Shown: piece after piece, positions 21,657 through 24,000 of the stretch
Layout: the number at the start of each line of letters is the position of its first letter
How positions within the stretch are numbered: the first letter of the stretch is position 1
Assembly (NCBI GenBank): GCA_902786015.1
Contig: CADAAU010000018.1
Span: forward strand, 2,398-26,397
Direction: 5' to 3'
Length of the DNA: 24,000 nt
Origin: an uncultured Coriobacteriaceae bacterium
GTDB taxonomy: Bacteria > Actinomycetota > Coriobacteriia > Coriobacteriales > Atopobiaceae
Notes under the pieces: model-generated
Told to the model about the DNA's origin: nothing
Database searches by the model: none
What the model saw: only the letters and a program-made list of their open reading frames with translations
Program-made: the position numbers and the translations under genes

Positions 21657-22841
21657 TCAACGTGCGGCCAATCTGCGAATGCCCTGAAGACTCGAGGCCT
21701 CTTCCAACACACTTATGAGGTCCGATGCCTGATAGAATGTCCCACGACGCGCGTTTCCCACCTTTTGGAGAATCCCCCTTTCGCACGCAACACCAATGAG
21801 GTTGCGTGCTGCCCGGTTGGTGATTGCAAGGTGGGCTGCAACGTACTCGACGTTGACGACTGGCTGCTCCACCAAAAGGGCGGGAAGTCTATGCGAAGAC
21901 GAGCCCGCACGATCCGTGTTCAGCGAGTTCCATTCAGAGAGCACGGAGTCGACGTCCGTAGCAACGCGAGACCCAACGACGACTGCGAGCTCCAACGCGT
22001 CGAGTAGGCATTCTATGATCGGCTCGATTTGTCCTTCATGGTACATTTCGAGCGCGTGCATGTACCTTTCCACGTCGTGGAGCAGTCCTGCCGAAACGGG
22101 CAGCGACGCGTGGATGAGGACCTCGTCCATCGCGAGCATGCGATGCAGGAGTACGCGGCCCGTGCGCCCGTTGCCATCCGTGAACGGGTGTATCGTTTCG
22201 AACTGTGCGTGGACAATCGCCGCCTTCGCCACGGGCGATACGTCCTCGCGCGCTCCGAATGCAACAAGGTCGTCAAGGTAATGGCTCACTCTGGATGCAT
22301 GCGGGGGTACAAAAAAGGCGCCGTGAGGGCTGTATGGCGAGCCACCTATCCACACCTGCTCATCACGCAGCCCTAGAAGCTCGCCGGTTCTTGACATGAG
22401 CGTGTCGTGAATGTCGCATATCGATTCGACGCTGATGGGGCTATCCTGCGCGAGTGCCTTGCGCATGGCGGATACGTTGTTTGCTATGAGCAGGGCGTTG
22501 GACGGTGCCTGATCCGTGAGTTCTGCGAGCGCAACATTGCGCACGCTCGACGTGAGGCGCTCGATTTGCGAGCTTGACGAAGATTCGCTTCTAAGGAGCA
22601 ATGCGGGCAGGTTGTATTCACGTGTTTTCTGAGCCTCATCAAAGCGTGTGATAACTACCTGGACCTCCGAAATACGCTGCAGAAGCGCGGGAGGCAGGTC
22701 GACCGCTTGGTTGGCGATGGCGGCGGGTAACGCAGCCTCGTAGGTGGAAAGTATCTTGCGCCTGCTGTTTTTTGGAATGAACGCAAGATCGTCTGGGTCT
22801 CTTTTCCAAGCGTGCGTCTCGTATGTGATGGTTGGCCACAT
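21657..22841 (-). CDS. Fic-family protein (Fic_N + Fic + C-terminal winged-helix-like tail), 394 aa
   Basis: The Fic core motif HPFTDGNGRTGR is encoded at complement 22155-22190. The N-terminal region carries SSQIER at the position of the (S/T)xxxE(G/N) inhibitory helix (Glu codon 22560-22562). Confidence 0.9.
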   Translation of the reverse strand: MWPTITYETHAWKRDPDDLAFIPKNSRRKILSTYEAALPAAIANQAVDLPPALLQRISEVQVVITRFDEAQKTREYNLPALLLRSESSSSSQIERLTSSVRNVALAELTDQAPSNALLIANNVSAMRKALAQDSPISVESICDIHDTLMSRTGELLGLRDEQVWIGGSPYSPHGAFFVPPHASRVSHYLDDLVAFGAREDVSPVAKAAIVHAQFETIHPFTDGNGRTGRVLLHRMLAMDEVLIHASLPVSAGLLHDVERYMHALEMYHEGQIEPIIECLLDALELAVVVGSRVATDVDSVLSEWNSLNTDRAGSSSHRLPALLVEQPVVNVEYVAAHLAITNRAARNLIGVACERGILQKVGNARRGTFYQASDLISVLEEASSLQGIRRLAAR

Positions 22842-22876
22842 GTTTGTGTCAATCCGTTCTTATGTCCACATGTTTG
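22836..22876. promoter_or_regulatory. Two copies of CCACATGTTTG spaced 30 bp apart at the Fic start; possible operator
   Basis: The copies are at 22836-22846 (overlapping the Fic ATG at complement 22839-22841) and 22866-22876. Each contains the palindrome ACATGT. The function is unproven. Confidence 0.3.
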
Positions 22877-22877
22877 C

Positions 22878-22913
22878 GCTAACGGAAGTGAATGCAAGTA
22901 TACTTCCGTTAGC
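22878..22913. other. 12-bp perfect inverted repeat (stem-loop) 37 nt upstream of the Fic start
   Basis: GCTAACGGAAGT (22878-22889), a 12-nt loop, then ACTTCCGTTAGC (22902-22913). There is no U-tract on the minus strand, so it could be an insulator/terminator after the surface-protein gene or a regulatory hairpin. Confidence 0.35.
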
Positions 22914-23201
22914 TTATCAAAAGGGAAGCGTACTGGCAAAATCCCGGCAGGTCCGGAAAACGGATTGGCGTGCATGTGGCCGTCGAGAAACCGCGCCAAG
23001 GGGATGCTCACCCATCTGGGCATAACGTCGCCGGTACCATTGATTTGATGGTGGAAGGTGCGAGACAGCCTGGCAGAGCATTGGGCTTTTTGGCAGCTGA
23101 CATTGGTCCTGGGACTGCAAAACGGCCGAGCACCCAAGACAAAACAAAGCGCATGAGCGCACAAGCGAGCGAACTCATGGGCCTTGCCAAGTTCGGGCGC
23201 A

Positions 23202-24000
23202 TTAGGATGATCTAGAGCGACGCAACGCGGCTGCGGCAAAGAGCGTAAGCGCTGTAAGCGCGAGTGTGAGAGCAAGCGTTTCTCCGATGTCTCCGGTACG
23301 GGGCGTGGTGGTCTGCGTCGAGACGCCCGTTTGCCCAGATGCACTTGTGGCGACATTCCTGTTGCCGGGTCTGTTGGAGCCATTGGCATTGGAGCTCGAA
23401 TTAGGTTGGCCCGAGTTGTCCGGCGCCGAATGCGACGAGTCGTCCGTTGGCGCTTTGGGAGTCGCTGCTTGCTTCCACACCGCCGTAAAAGTGTGGTTCC
23501 CCCTTGGGATCGGGCTGCGGGCTCCAGCCCCGGCTCGATGGCGTAGTGCACCTGGCTGTACCCAGCGTATCTCCCTTTGCCAAGCAGGGTCACATCGTAT
23601 TCTCCAGGATCCTTGCACGATCCGCTATCGCCCCAGTCCTTCCAGGTGTAGTCCACGCCCTACTTTAGAACCTCTCCGTTAAAGACCACCTTTGGCCCTT
23701 GCTTTTGCCCGTTGTATACAACCGGCTGCACCTCGCACAAATCGATGCGGTGCAACCGTTCCTCGGAGGTCTCTGCTCCCTTTGTTTTGTCCGTTATATT
23801 GAAGACGTGATGATATATGTCCCTGACGACGTATTCCTCGTAGACCGCGTCTCCGTCGTCGTTCGTATCTCGGATATCGGAGATATTCTTGATGTCCTCC
23901 AGCACCAGCTTGATGGACGCCGCATTGCTTTTGGCGGTCTGCATGCTCGTCTATGGCGTAGCCATAGGCAGAGCCCTCGCCGTGGTCCCAAAGGACGAGG
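23202..24000 (-). pseudogene. Cell-surface protein with an LPXTG-type sorting signal, disrupted (in-frame TAG plus a frameshift); the 5' end lies beyond the right window edge
   Basis: The C-terminus is ...TTTPRTGDIGETLALTLALTALTLFAAAALRRSRSS, that is a PRTG sortase-like motif, a hydrophobic helix and a basic tail; the stop is at 23202-23204. Upstream, ...RIDLCEVQPVVYNGQKQGPKVVFNGEVLK is followed by TAG (23660-23662), then in the same frame GVDYTWKDWGDSGSCKDPGEYDVTLLGKGRYAGYSQVHYAIEP (an MBG/Ig-like surface-repeat pattern). The frame then switches before NHTFTAVWKQAATPK, plausibly at the C5 run at 23499-23503. Confidence 0.6.

Noticed and set aside
21426-22007. A 193-aa plus-strand ORF, and other ORFs (21796..22281, 22029..22376), overlapping the Fic gene
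   Set aside because: They are antisense to a well-supported Fic CDS, with no recognisable motifs and a GTG start lacking an SD. The first 230 nt (21426-21656) remain unassigned and are covered in the finding on the island tail.
23941-24000. LVLWDHGEGSAYGYAIDEH in a third minus-strand frame at the right window edge, reminiscent of the WxHG catalytic-His region of clostripain-like C11 peptidases
   Set aside because: Only about 20 residues are visible, in a different frame from the downstream surface-protein sequence, and none of the rest of the C11 pattern can be seen. This is too little to call.

Overview
This is a GC-rich Gram-positive chromosome segment. A Coriobacteriia-like host is my guess, based on base composition, ChW and Listeria-Bacteroides-repeat surface proteins, and the Cas9 type. 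It carries a visibly AT-richer, complete type II-A CRISPR-Cas9 island at about 12.3-21.6 kb. Spot counts of single 60-nt lines gave 26/60 G+C inside cas9 (13021-13080) versus 39/60 inside the adhesin gene (8461-8520). The island holds an antisense tracrRNA, cas9 (1398 aa), cas1, cas2, csn2, a 55-nt leader and an array of 36 repeats and 35 spacers. To its left lie four things: the 5' part of an AAA-ATPase-like gene, a decayed P-type ATPase pseudogene, a secreted multidomain adhesin of about 2650 aa, and a small secreted PepSY protein. The adhesin's C-terminal ChW wall-binding repeats are put out of frame by an 8-bp tandem duplication. To the right lie a Fic-family protein and a disrupted surface protein with an LPXTG-type sorting signal. 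I did not find an obviously new multi-gene system. The best leads are: (1) a 49-nt spacer flanked by a duplicated repeat+19 nt, which looks like a fossil of an off-register spacer integration; (2) a fully readable tracrRNA packed back to back against cas9; (3) the 8-bp duplication that uncouples the adhesin from its wall anchor, alongside several in-frame micro-duplications in the same gene; (4) a 193-bp direct repeat (orphan ATPase 5' stub) and a duplicated adhesin 5' region, which mark past rearrangements next to the CRISPR island.
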